A DNA stretch of 59,311 nt from an uncultured Methanosarcinales archaeon. GTDB taxonomy: Archaea; Nanobdellota; Nanobdellia; Woesearchaeales; JAGWAF01. Below, in pieces: positions 18,669-28,018 of this stretch. How positions within the stretch are numbered: position 1 is the stretch's first letter; every line of letters begins with the position of its first letter. Position numbers and translations under genes: made by a program. The notes under the pieces were generated by a model. The model searched no databases. It worked only from the letters and a program-made list of their open reading frames with translations, and was not told where the DNA came from. The stretch covers positions 1 through 59,311 of the forward strand of contig CAZQZJ010000003.1 in the NCBI GenBank assembly GCA_964597775.1. Reading direction: 5' to 3'.

Positions 18669-20429
18669 TTAGATCACACTCTTCTCCTGCTCTACACCTA
18701 ATCTTTTTACCATATATGGACCCTTATTTTCATAACCTAACTTATAATAATACCCACGTACACCAACACCTGAAATCACAACCATCTTTGACTTACCATA
18801 AGAGATTGCAATCTCCTCTGCCTTTTGCATCAACATACGACCAAAACCCCTATGCTGAATATGCTGATCATCACCCTTGCCAATCTGTAAAGCCTTACCA
18901 AACACATGCAACTCACGAATCAGAGCAGCATCAAGAGAAATCTCCTCACATAATGACTGCGAAGGAAAACGAAGCCTAACAAAACCAACAATCTTATCCT
19001 CAGACTCAATACTCACAAAAAACTCGCGACCACCAGATGCCTCATACTCCATAACCACACACTGCGGATTCTTTATCACACCAGACTTAATCTCCCTACA
19101 CCTAATACATTGACACACAATCCCACGCTCTTTTTGCAACTCCAACACATACTGACGCAGATTTGTCCTATCCACACCAGCCTTAGCCATATATGTTGGA
19201 ATATCACGCTGAATCCTCATCACCCTACAATACCTTGGAATATCACGCTTAAACTCAGCAATCAAACTCGCAGCTTCCCTTGTTGAAATTGGCTTGAATC
19301 TTCCATCAAGCCAATCACGATACAACCTAGACTCCTTTACCACCAAACACGGATACAACTTCAACATATCTGGACGATAATTAGGATTTGCAAACAACTC
19401 CTTCATACCCTCCAAATCCTGACTTGCATCCTTAACACCAGGAAGTCCAGGCATATAATGCACATTTATCTTAAATCCGAGATCCTTAAGCTCACGAATA
19501 GAACGAATTGTATCAGCAATTGTGTGACCACGATTAATTAGCGCAATCACATCCTCATACACAGACTGCACACCCAACTCCACACGCGTACAACCATACT
19601 TTAGCATCAACAACCCATGCTCAATAAAACCCCAATCAGGCTTAGTCTCAATAGTCAACCCGACACATTTAATATATGAATACTTATCATTATACTCTTG
19701 CGCAGCATCAAGAGTTGAATGTGATGCATATTTTACACCAAGCACCTTTTCTTGAATCCTTTGTGTCCTCTGAGGATTTCCAATATCACCTGGAAGCTCA
19801 AAAAAGATCTTGAACAACTCAAAATCAAATCTGTTTTCACTAACAAACATCCTTGAAAAATCATTAAGAGATTTATACACATGCAAAATATAATCATCCT
19901 GATACTCTTGAGGAAAACTCAGAAAAGTTCCACCTTGAATAATAATCTCAACCTTATCAAAAGAATGCCCAGTTACAACATATTGCTCTAATCGATTCCA
20001 AATCATCAAAAACGGATCAAAATTATTACGAATACCCCTTCTTGTTGAAGGCTCAACACCAGTATAAGACTGCGGAATACCCTGACTTGTCATTGAAGGA
20101 CACATTGTACACGCACCATGCTTACACTGATACGGCCAACTCATAATCGCAATAGGAGAAACCCCTGAAATAGAACGAACTGGCTTTGTAAGCAAAAACT
20201 GCTTAAAAAAATCTAAATCACCACTAGAAACATGCAACAACAGCTCAATATCAGTTGGAATCGACTTTAGATGATACTGCTGACCAAGACGATGCTTAAA
20301 AAGCTGCAACTCCTGCTTCGAAGGTTTATTATCCCTAACATACTCAAGAATCTGATTCACTACATCTGACTTACTTATTTGCTCAACCAACATACATAAC
20401 GTCATGAAGCTCAACCTTAAAAAGGTCAC
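18669..20429 (-). CDS. elp3: Elongator Elp3 (radical SAM plus GNAT) tRNA uridine-34 acetyltransferase
   Basis: CKHGACTMC, IETKPD, RVELGVQS, RIQRDIP, CQCIRCRE, RELHVFG and QHRGFG. True start may be ATG 20405 or 20393. Confidence 0.95.
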   Translation of the reverse strand: MTFLRLSFMTLCMLVEQISKSDVVNQILEYVRDNKPSKQELQLFKHRLGQQYHLKSIPTDIELLLHVSSGDLDFFKQFLLTKPVRSISGVSPIAIMSWPYQCKHGACTMCPSMTSQGIPQSYTGVEPSTRRGIRNNFDPFLMIWNRLEQYVVTGHSFDKVEIIIQGGTFLSFPQEYQDDYILHVYKSLNDFSRMFVSENRFDFELFKIFFELPGDIGNPQRTQRIQEKVLGVKYASHSTLDAAQEYNDKYSYIKCVGLTIETKPDWGFIEHGLLMLKYGCTRVELGVQSVYEDVIALINRGHTIADTIRSIRELKDLGFKINVHYMPGLPGVKDASQDLEGMKELFANPNYRPDMLKLYPCLVVKESRLYRDWLDGRFKPISTREAASLIAEFKRDIPRYCRVMRIQRDIPTYMAKAGVDRTNLRQYVLELQKERGIVCQCIRCREIKSGVIKNPQCVVMEYEASGGREFFVSIESEDKIVGFVRLRFPSQSLCEEISLDAALIRELHVFGKALQIGKGDDQHIQHRGFGRMLMQKAEEIAISYGKSKMVVISGVGVRGYYYKLGYENKGPYMVKRLGVEQEKSVI

Positions 20430-20438
20430 GAGGTTGAT

Positions 20439-21389
20439 TCATCCAATATACAATTCAAACAACATAAAAAGCACAAATATACCAACCAAAACCAAGCCAT
20501 GCTTCCAATTAATATTCTCACGCTCAATAATAAAAAAAGCAATCAAGAGACTTAGCAAGTACACAATAGAAGTCTGATAAATCATACTTGGCACTAAAGC
20601 AAATGGACTTACCAATGCAACAATCCCTAACACAAATAACGAATTTGCAACCATTGACCCTAAGATATTACCAAAAACAAATGCATTCTTCTTCTTTAAA
20701 ACAGTCCCAATCATCACTGCAATCTCAGGCATTGAAGAACCAATACCAATCACAACAAAACTCACAAAAAACAAATTCGCATTCGCCTGCGCTGATATCA
20801 TCACAACAGAAAACACCAACAACCTTGAAGCCAAGAGCATAGCAACCATGCAACCCAAAAACACAACCATACCAGACAACAACTGCTTTAGAGGCACATT
20901 CTTCTTCACCACACCCAACTCACCCTCACCAGCCCACAACAATGCAACATAATACACATAAGCACACAACAAAACAACACCATCAAAACGAGTCAACTCA
21001 CCATCCAAAACCAACAAAATAGGAAGCGCACATGCTAAAAATGTTGTTATAGGCGCATTACCAATAGAACTAAGATCCACCTTTACCCTACGAGCAATCA
21101 TAAAACCAAGACCTAATAAAAAAATCTTAAAAAAATTAGAACCTAAGATAGTACCAAAAATTACAGCACTCTCTCCAATCATAGCACCAACAAAAGAAGC
21201 AGCCATCTCAGGAAACGCAGTACCAATTGCAAGAATCAAAAAACCAACCACATACTCAGAAACGCCTATCTTTCTTGCATACACAGAAAGTGCATCAATC
21301 ATCAGATTAACAGACTTTGCAAGAATTACCAAACTCACCACACCAATCATAACATATGATACAATTGGATATGAAACATCAAAGCTCAT
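20439..21389 (-). CDS. Na+/Ca2+ (CaCA) antiporter family protein
   Basis: Alpha repeats GTAFPE...GSN and GSSMPE...GS; about 10 TM helices. Confidence 0.9.
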   Translation of the reverse strand: MSFDVSYPIVSYVMIGVVSLVILAKSVNLMIDALSVYARKIGVSEYVVGFLILAIGTAFPEMAASFVGAMIGESAVIFGTILGSNFFKIFLLGLGFMIARRVKVDLSSIGNAPITTFLACALPILLVLDGELTRFDGVVLLCAYVYYVALLWAGEGELGVVKKNVPLKQLLSGMVVFLGCMVAMLLASRLLVFSVVMISAQANANLFFVSFVVIGIGSSMPEIAVMIGTVLKKKNAFVFGNILGSMVANSLFVLGIVALVSPFALVPSMIYQTSIVYLLSLLIAFFIIERENINWKHGLVLVGIFVLFMLFELYIG

Positions 21390-21694
21390 TGGTTCTTAGA
21401 CTTCTTTTTCCCATCCACCAAAAACTTCAAACGCGCATTCTCATGAGCAATATCAAGCATCCTCTGATTAATCTGCGCAAACTTATCAGATAAATCAATA
21501 ATCTGATCAACCAACCTATCCTTTGATCGCTCAAAATTAGTTCTCACCTCTTTAAGCTCATTCTCCTTAGACATCACGTGATTACGCGTATCATCCACCT
21601 CCTTTTCCAAAGAAGCAATCCTACCTTTTTGTGAAACAATAATCTTCTCTTTTAACACATCAGACTGACTGCTAAACAGATCAAAAATTCCCAT
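21386..21694 (-). CDS. Coiled-coil hypothetical protein
   Basis: Heptad-rich; ATG at 21694 after AGGTGATG; overlaps the antiporter start. Confidence 0.7.
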   Translation of the reverse strand: MGIFDLFSSQSDVLKEKIIVSQKGRIASLEKEVDDTRNHVMSKENELKEVRTNFERSKDRLVDQIIDLSDKFAQINQRMLDIAHENARLKFLVDGKKKSKNQ

Positions 21695-21807
21695 CACATC
21701 ACCTTGAAAAAACCAGCTACGCTGATTTTTAATTATCACTGATACACCAGGCTACAGGATTTATAAACATTTCGCTCGAAATTATTAAATAGCACATTAA
21801 CAATTAG

Positions 21808-22587
21808 GTGGTTATGGTTTTAAAGAAACAACTTTTGTTTATTCTTCTCTGGCCAATAATCGCTGCATTACTATCTTTTTTGTTAAAAGCAAATACGTTG
21901 GCTTCAACATTGCTTTTCTTTGGAATTCCTGCAGTATATCTTTCTTTCCTAAAAAAAGACTGTGTGAGAATGGTGACAATATTTTCTGTAATATTTAGCA
22001 TTCCATTTGCTATTATTTTGGATTATGTGATGGAAATTACCGGCGGATGGTATATTCCGAAATCGGTTTTTGACCCTTTGCGGTTGTTTGGATACGTGTC
22101 TCTTGAACAGTTGATTTGGCTGTTCTTGTTCATGTACCTTGTTGGAATTTTTTACGAAGTGTTTTTTGACAAGAAGTGCACGCATAAATTGAATACGCCG
22201 AAACTCAAATATGCGATTTTTGGACTTGTGGTATTTTTTGGAATGTTCATAATTCTGCATATTACAAAACATGAGTTACTTAAAATTAACTTTTTCTACT
22301 TAAAATTCGGAATTATATTGGCACTTCTCCCATTTTTATTCGCACTTTTCCATTTTCCTGATCTTTACAGCGCCATGTTAATTATTGGTAGTTATTTCGC
22401 TTATTTATCATTTATTTACGAAATTACTGCGCTGTCATTGGGGCAGTGGACTTTTCCTGCAGTTGATCAGTTTATTGGATTTGTGAATGTTGGCGGCGTG
22501 ACTTTTCCTATTGAAGAGTTCTTGTTTTGGATTCTTTTAGGCTCACTTGCCACACTGACATATTACCGCTATTTTGGAGAGAAATAA
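21808..22587 (+). CDS. Tandem lycopene cyclase-domain membrane protein
   Basis: Two repeats of D/E-x4-G-x-W...G-x-P/S-x-E-E/Q (LDYVMEITGGWYIP...GYVSLEQ; YEITALSLGQWTFP...GVTFPIEE). Confidence 0.65.
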   Translation: MVMVLKKQLLFILLWPIIAALLSFLLKANTLASTLLFFGIPAVYLSFLKKDCVRMVTIFSVIFSIPFAIILDYVMEITGGWYIPKSVFDPLRLFGYVSLEQLIWLFLFMYLVGIFYEVFFDKKCTHKLNTPKLKYAIFGLVVFFGMFIILHITKHELLKINFFYLKFGIILALLPFLFALFHFPDLYSAMLIIGSYFAYLSFIYEITALSLGQWTFPAVDQFIGFVNVGGVTFPIEEFLFWILLGSLATLTYYRYFGEK

Positions 22588-22956
22588 AGAAATTGCCTGA
22601 AAACTGACTATCCCACCCTTCGCTTTGTTCACTCCGCAGCAAGCTGTGGTGTATTGGTCAGTTTTCTCGCTTCGCGACTGGCAATTTATATAGGAAATAA
22701 CCTTAATTTTAGGATATTTCACAAACGAAAGTAAGGTTATTTCCTAATAATCAAATCACTTTAATAATGGTAAAACATCTGATAATTAAAGTGATTTGAT
22801 ATAATTTCAGAATTGGGTTGTGCAACCGTAGCAGAGCTGTGTGGTATTGAACCCAATTCTGAAATAAAAAAAGTGCGCCTATTTTTGATTTGTCAAAGTC
22901 CACTAACATACTTGTTAAGCCCCAACCTATTGCAGAGGCACTGGCTTAACAAGTAC
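22583..22956. repeat. Palindromic module array Q-R1-R2-P-S-B
   Basis: Q 22583-22687, R1 22691-22746, R2 22750-22800, P 22804-22865, S-like 22866-22887 and B 22909-22956; each recurs elsewhere in the window. Confidence 0.92.
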
Positions 22957-23001
22957 CTACTAACGAAGAATTTAAATAACTCCTCATTACACTGTTAGAA
23001 C

Positions 23002-23715
23002 ATGAAGGTTCGAATAAAACGAGGAGAACAAGTACCACCAGCACCAACATACACACTACCACGAAACGAATCTAAAACCAAAACACAATCTATGATACAG
23101 CGCAAAACTATGGTACACAAACCAGAACCACCATATCTTACTATTGCATTTCTAATCCTAATCATCAGCAGCCTTTACTGGGCACAAACAAACCAGAACA
23201 CAGTAACACAACTCACATACACAGACCAAGAAATTCTACACAACCTTACCCAAACACACACTGACCTCACTGCAACAGACCTGAGTATTATCAACACTGA
23301 AAACCTACTTGTGACAAATGCATTATTCCACGTAACCCAATTCAACCCTGCAAAACGCATGGCACTTTACCGTGCACTAAGCAGCGGAAACAACAGCTAT
23401 GAATCCCGCATTCTTAAACACTGGCAAACAAACATATCAGACACTACACCAGTTACTGATGTACGCAATGACCTAATGACAAGCTTTTTATCAATCAGAC
23501 CAGAAGCAACACCAAAACAAGAAACCATTGCAAACCTTTTTGACTCACTTGATGACTTGCTACGCAAAAAAACCATGCTTTTAACCCTTACACAACAACT
23601 CCAAGAACAACATTATACCACCACAACAAAGATATTAGCATCTCAACGCATTGCAACCATTGCATGGATCATCTTTGCAATGATCACCTTACTCTTTCTT
23701 TTTCTAAAACGATAA
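23002..23715 (+). CDS. Two-TM membrane protein with a helical extracellular domain
   Basis: TM near aa 46-62, a C-terminal TM, and a Thr/Gln-rich helical middle. Confidence 0.7.
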   Translation: MKVRIKRGEQVPPAPTYTLPRNESKTKTQSMIQRKTMVHKPEPPYLTIAFLILIISSLYWAQTNQNTVTQLTYTDQEILHNLTQTHTDLTATDLSIINTENLLVTNALFHVTQFNPAKRMALYRALSSGNNSYESRILKHWQTNISDTTPVTDVRNDLMTSFLSIRPEATPKQETIANLFDSLDDLLRKKTMLLTLTQQLQEQHYTTTTKILASQRIATIAWIIFAMITLLFLFLKR

Positions 23716-23725
23716 CAAGGGATCT

Positions 23726-24493
23726 ATGAATTACCTAAGAGTTATCAGCCCTGGATTTGACACAGGAGCCAGACACATGGCATGGGACGAAGCCATACTT
23801 AACCATGTGAACACAAACCAAAGCCCACCAACACTTCGACTCTACTACTTCAACCCACCAGCAGTCACACTATCATCAGAATGCCACCTAGATATTATCA
23901 ATAAAACTACCTGCACACAACAACAAATTGATATTATCCGCAGACCAACTGGAGGATCAGCACTTTTTCACAACAGAAAAGATCTTGCTTATTCATTTAT
24001 CGCACCAATCTATTTATTTGAAGAACAAAAACCAGTAAAGATAATGCGCAATATCTGTAACCAAATTGCTAGTGCATTTACTACAATTGGAATCCCTGCA
24101 TATCTTAACCAAAAAAGCAATACCAATATCCTTATCGACGGGAAAAAAATAAGTGGAAGCGCAAGCATGATCAAAACCAACGCCATACTTGTCCACGGAA
24201 GCATCTTTCACAATATTGACACAATACTCATCAGTTCACTAATTAACATCCCACAACAAGATCTTGAAAACAGAATGATTGGAATTTCCACATACACCAA
24301 CAACCATGCTGAAATCCATAATGCCATTATCAACGCACTCTCATACAAACTTGAAATCAGAATTAATGAAACAGCAACTGAATCTGAACATCATGACATG
24401 CACAGAATACTCCAAGACAAATTCAGCACTACATCAGAATGGCTCACAGCAGGAAAGAAACACAAAAAATACTGTGGATCAAGCATCGAATGA
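23726..24493 (+). CDS. Lipoate-protein ligase A / LipM-like octanoyltransferase
   Basis: HMAWDEAIL, TLRLY, RRPTGGSALFH, GKKISGSA and VHGSI; adjacent to the dehydrogenase operon. Confidence 0.9.
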   Translation: MNYLRVISPGFDTGARHMAWDEAILNHVNTNQSPPTLRLYYFNPPAVTLSSECHLDIINKTTCTQQQIDIIRRPTGGSALFHNRKDLAYSFIAPIYLFEEQKPVKIMRNICNQIASAFTTIGIPAYLNQKSNTNILIDGKKISGSASMIKTNAILVHGSIFHNIDTILISSLINIPQQDLENRMIGISTYTNNHAEIHNAIINALSYKLEIRINETATESEHHDMHRILQDKFSTTSEWLTAGKKHKKYCGSSIE

Positions 24494-24528
24494 AAAAATG
24501 CTCGGCTGTGCCACAGCCTCGCATTTTT
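24494..24528. terminator. Putative bidirectional terminator
   Basis: AAAAATGC-TC-GGCTGT-GCC-ACAGCC-TC-GCATTTTT between convergent genes. Confidence 0.6.
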
Positions 24529-24549
24529 ATTAAGAGGTAATAAAGACTT

Positions 24550-25923
24550 CTAATCACGTTCAATTAACAACAAATCAGGATCCTCAAGATGCTCCTTTAC
24601 CACATTCATAAAACGCGCAGCCTGTGCACCATCAAGAATCCTATGATCAAATGTTAGTGACAAGGGAAGTACCAACCTAGACATTATCTGATGCTCAACT
24701 ATCCTTGGCAACTCCTGCATTCTTCCCACACCAAGAATTGCAGCCTCAGGAAAATTTACAATTGGAGTAAAATGCGTGCCTCCAATTGAACCAATATTTG
24801 TAATTGTAAAAACACCACCTTTTAGATCAGCAGGATCAAGCTTACGATCTTGCGCCTTTTTCACCAAATCTTGTAATTCTTTAGCAATCTCAAGCACAGA
24901 TTTTGCATCAACAGACTTAATCACTGGAACTAACAAACCATCATCTATATCAACAGCCACACCAATATTGAAATATTTCTTAACAACAACCTCTTCTTGC
25001 ACATCATCAAGCGAAGATGCCAGAATTGGAAACTGCCTTATCCCAGCAACAACAGCCTTAATAATAAACGGCATCAAAGTCAACTTTACTCCTTTTTTAT
25101 CAGCAACAAGCTTCTGCTTTTGACGAATCTCCCACAGATGCGTCACATCAACATCATCCATATGAGTCACTGGAACAACAGATGCAAGAGCTTGAACCAT
25201 ATGCTTTGCAGTTACCTTTCTAATACCAAGTAATTGAATATGATCAATATACCCATACAAATCATACTTACGCACCAATTTTGGAGATGGACTACTATCA
25301 ACTGGAGATAATGAACTATCAGAAACAGATTTAAAACCTGATTTTAGAGCTACAAGAACATCATCCTGAGTAACAACAGCACCTACACCTGAAGGTTTAA
25401 TATTCTTAATATCAACTCCAAGTGACAAAGCTAATTTCCTTACTGCAGGAAGAGCAAGAGGTGAACTTTGCATACCTATTTTCTGATCTGAAGAATTTGA
25501 AACAGAGGCATTTCCTGTTATCAAACCTTTAGTCAAATCACCATTATCCTCAGAAGCTTCTTCTAATTCACCTACAACACCTGACCAGTGTTTTATCTGC
25601 TGCATATCCTTATTCTTAGAAACCACCTGCTGCTTAGACATTAACTCTACCATCCGTCCTCCAGATATTGCAGTAGCAACTACCTCATCATCACTACCAA
25701 TTACCACAAGCACATCACCAACCCTGATTTTCTCACCCTCATTACCAAATCTATTGAGAATCCTACCTTTTTTTGGAGAAGGAATCTCAACAATAGCCTT
25801 ATCAGTCTCAACCTCAAGAAGAACTTGATCTGCATCAACCATATCACCTTGCTTCACATGCCACTTCACAATCTCACCCTCTACAATACCCTCACCAACA
25901 TCAGGAAAACGAAACTCTATCAC
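24550..25923 (-). CDS. pdhC: 2-oxoacid dehydrogenase E2 (dihydrolipoamide acyltransferase)
   Basis: One lipoyl domain (EVETDKA), PSBD (ALPAVRKLA...G...DDV) and catalytic DHRILDG. Substrate specificity not resolved. Confidence 0.93.
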   Translation of the reverse strand: MIEFRFPDVGEGIVEGEIVKWHVKQGDMVDADQVLLEVETDKAIVEIPSPKKGRILNRFGNEGEKIRVGDVLVVIGSDDEVVATAISGGRMVELMSKQQVVSKNKDMQQIKHWSGVVGELEEASEDNGDLTKGLITGNASVSNSSDQKIGMQSSPLALPAVRKLALSLGVDIKNIKPSGVGAVVTQDDVLVALKSGFKSVSDSSLSPVDSSPSPKLVRKYDLYGYIDHIQLLGIRKVTAKHMVQALASVVPVTHMDDVDVTHLWEIRQKQKLVADKKGVKLTLMPFIIKAVVAGIRQFPILASSLDDVQEEVVVKKYFNIGVAVDIDDGLLVPVIKSVDAKSVLEIAKELQDLVKKAQDRKLDPADLKGGVFTITNIGSIGGTHFTPIVNFPEAAILGVGRMQELPRIVEHQIMSRLVLPLSLTFDHRILDGAQAARFMNVVKEHLEDPDLLLIERD

Positions 25924-26894
25924 TGCACCATCACCTGCTTTATCGCACGAACAATCCGAAACATATCAGGAATATAATACTGCTCTAAACGCGCCAAAGG
26001 CATAACTGTATCAAAACCAGTAACACGAACTGGAGATGCCTGCAATGAATACAAACAATGCTCAACAACAACAGCCAAAAGCTCTGCAGCAAACCCACAC
26101 AACCTTGGAGCTTCATTCACAATCACAACCCTACCAGTTTTTTGCACAGATGAGATAATAGCACCCTTATCCAATGGAGAAAGCGTCTGCAGATCAATAA
26201 CCTCAACTGAATACCTATTTGAAACCTCTTGCGCAGCTTCTATACAAGTTCTCATCATCGCACCATAAGAAATCAATGTAAGATCAGAACCCTCCTTAAC
26301 CACACGTGCCTTACCTAATGGAATCACATACTCCTCCTCAGAAACCTCCTCTTTAATTGCACGATACACACGTTTAGGCTCTAAAAATAGCACAGGATCA
26401 GGATCACGAATCGCAGCAACCATCAAACCCTTAGCAGCAAAAGGAGTACTTGGAGTCACTACTTTTAACCCAGGGATATGTGCATAAAAGGCTTCAACAG
26501 ATTCAGAATGATGCTCTAATGCACGAATCCCACCAGTATACGGCGAACGAATCACCATCTGCGCATGAAACCTACCACGAGAACGATTCCTAATCCGCGC
26601 CACATTATTAATAATCTGATCAAAAGCAGGAGCAAGAAAACCCTCAAACTGAATCTCACACACAGGCTTAAGACCAAAACAAGACATACCAAAACACGAA
26701 CCAACAATACCAGACTCAGCAAGAGGCGTATCAAACACACGCTTTTCCCCAAATAAATCCAACAAACCCTGAGTCACACGAAACACACCACCATTTTTTG
26801 CAACATCCTCACCACACACAATAACAGCAGAATCTTTTAACATCTCCTGACGAAGCGCAAGATTAATTGCCTCCACCATATTCAAGCGAGGCAT
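25920..26894 (-). CDS. pdhB: 2-oxoacid dehydrogenase E1 beta
   Basis: GEDVAKNGGVFRVT, DTPLAESG, EHHSES, DPDPVLFLEPK and KTGRVVIV. Confidence 0.95.
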   Translation of the reverse strand: MPRLNMVEAINLALRQEMLKDSAVIVCGEDVAKNGGVFRVTQGLLDLFGEKRVFDTPLAESGIVGSCFGMSCFGLKPVCEIQFEGFLAPAFDQIINNVARIRNRSRGRFHAQMVIRSPYTGGIRALEHHSESVEAFYAHIPGLKVVTPSTPFAAKGLMVAAIRDPDPVLFLEPKRVYRAIKEEVSEEEYVIPLGKARVVKEGSDLTLISYGAMMRTCIEAAQEVSNRYSVEVIDLQTLSPLDKGAIISSVQKTGRVVIVNEAPRLCGFAAELLAVVVEHCLYSLQASPVRVTGFDTVMPLARLEQYYIPDMFRIVRAIKQVMVQ

Positions 26895-28018
26895 TACTTA
26901 CCACCTTCTTTTTTTTCATGCAGAATCTTTATGAGCTCCTGCTTTTGCTCAACCAAATCAGGAGTAGGATACTCATACATCCAATCAAAAAAATCAGTAG
27001 GATCAGGCACTGGAATCTTTTCAAATATCTGTACTTCATCTTCAACTTCCTTTGTCAAAGAAACCACCAGTTCCTTATCCTTTTGCTCTGACCACATCTT
27101 TTTCTGTATCAAAAATTTCTTCAAACGAAGAATTGGATCCTTTAACCTCCACTGCTCAACCTCTTTAGGATCACGATACCTTGATGCATCATCAGCAGTT
27201 GTATGATCTGAAAAACGATATGTTAAACACTCAATAACACTTGGCCCTTTTCCATTCCTTGCTTTTATCAATGCATCACCAACTACCTTAATCACAGCAA
27301 GCACATCCATTCCATCAACCTGAACACCACTAATACCTGCAGCAAACGCCTTCTGAGCAAGAGTCTGCGCCATACTCTGACACGAACAAGGAAACCTACC
27401 TTTACATATAGCACATGAACGAGAAACTGAGATTGCCCACTGATTATTCTCAATAACAAAAACCACTGGAGCCACAAATACACCTGCAAAATTCATTGCT
27501 TCACTTACATCACCAACAGAGGTTGCACCATCACCAAGAAACACTAACGAAGCCCAAGACTCACCCTTCAAACTCGCAGCCATTGCAGCACCAACTGCAT
27601 GCAAGGCCTGCGAACCAACACAGATCTGAATTGGAAACAGATTCACAGCCTTAGGCAGATTCATACTCCTCTCATCACCAGCACTATACTGATACAACTG
27701 ATGCAAAGGAGCACCTCTTGCAATAAACGCACCCCAATCACGATACAAAGGAAAAATCCAATCATCCTTACCCACTGCATACGCAGCACCAACCTGAGTC
27801 GCTTCCTGACCTTGACAAGAAGCAAGGGTTCCTACACGACCCTGACGCTGCAACAACAACCCCTTACTATCAAATAGTCTTGTACGCAACATTAACCTAT
27901 AAACCCCTAGCAACTCCTTATTTGATATATCAGGAAGAAACTTAGCATCTACTTTACCATTTTCATCAAGAACCTGAACATATTCAATTTTATACCTTGC
28001 CACTACCTTCTTAGACAT
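26894..28018 (-). CDS. pdhA: 2-oxoacid dehydrogenase E1 alpha with a Cys4 insertion
   Basis: RQGR...GQEA, TPP motif GDGATS...ENNQWAIS and YRFSDHTTADDASRYR; ATG at 28018 (MSKKVV). Confidence 0.95.
   Translation of the reverse strand: MSKKVVARYKIEYVQVLDENGKVDAKFLPDISNKELLGVYRLMLRTRLFDSKGLLLQRQGRVGTLASCQGQEATQVGAAYAVGKDDWIFPLYRDWGAFIARGAPLHQLYQYSAGDERSMNLPKAVNLFPIQICVGSQALHAVGAAMAASLKGESWASLVFLGDGATSVGDVSEAMNFAGVFVAPVVFVIENNQWAISVSRSCAICKGRFPCSCQSMAQTLAQKAFAAGISGVQVDGMDVLAVIKVVGDALIKARNGKGPSVIECLTYRFSDHTTADDASRYRDPKEVEQWRLKDPILRLKKFLIQKKMWSEQKDKELVVSLTKEVEDEVQIFEKIPVPDPTDFFDWMYEYPTPDLVEQKQELIKILHEKKEGGK

Noticed and set aside
22583-22956. Possible CRISPR array
   Set aside because: Units are different palindromes, not identical direct repeats with unique spacers; no cas genes in the window.
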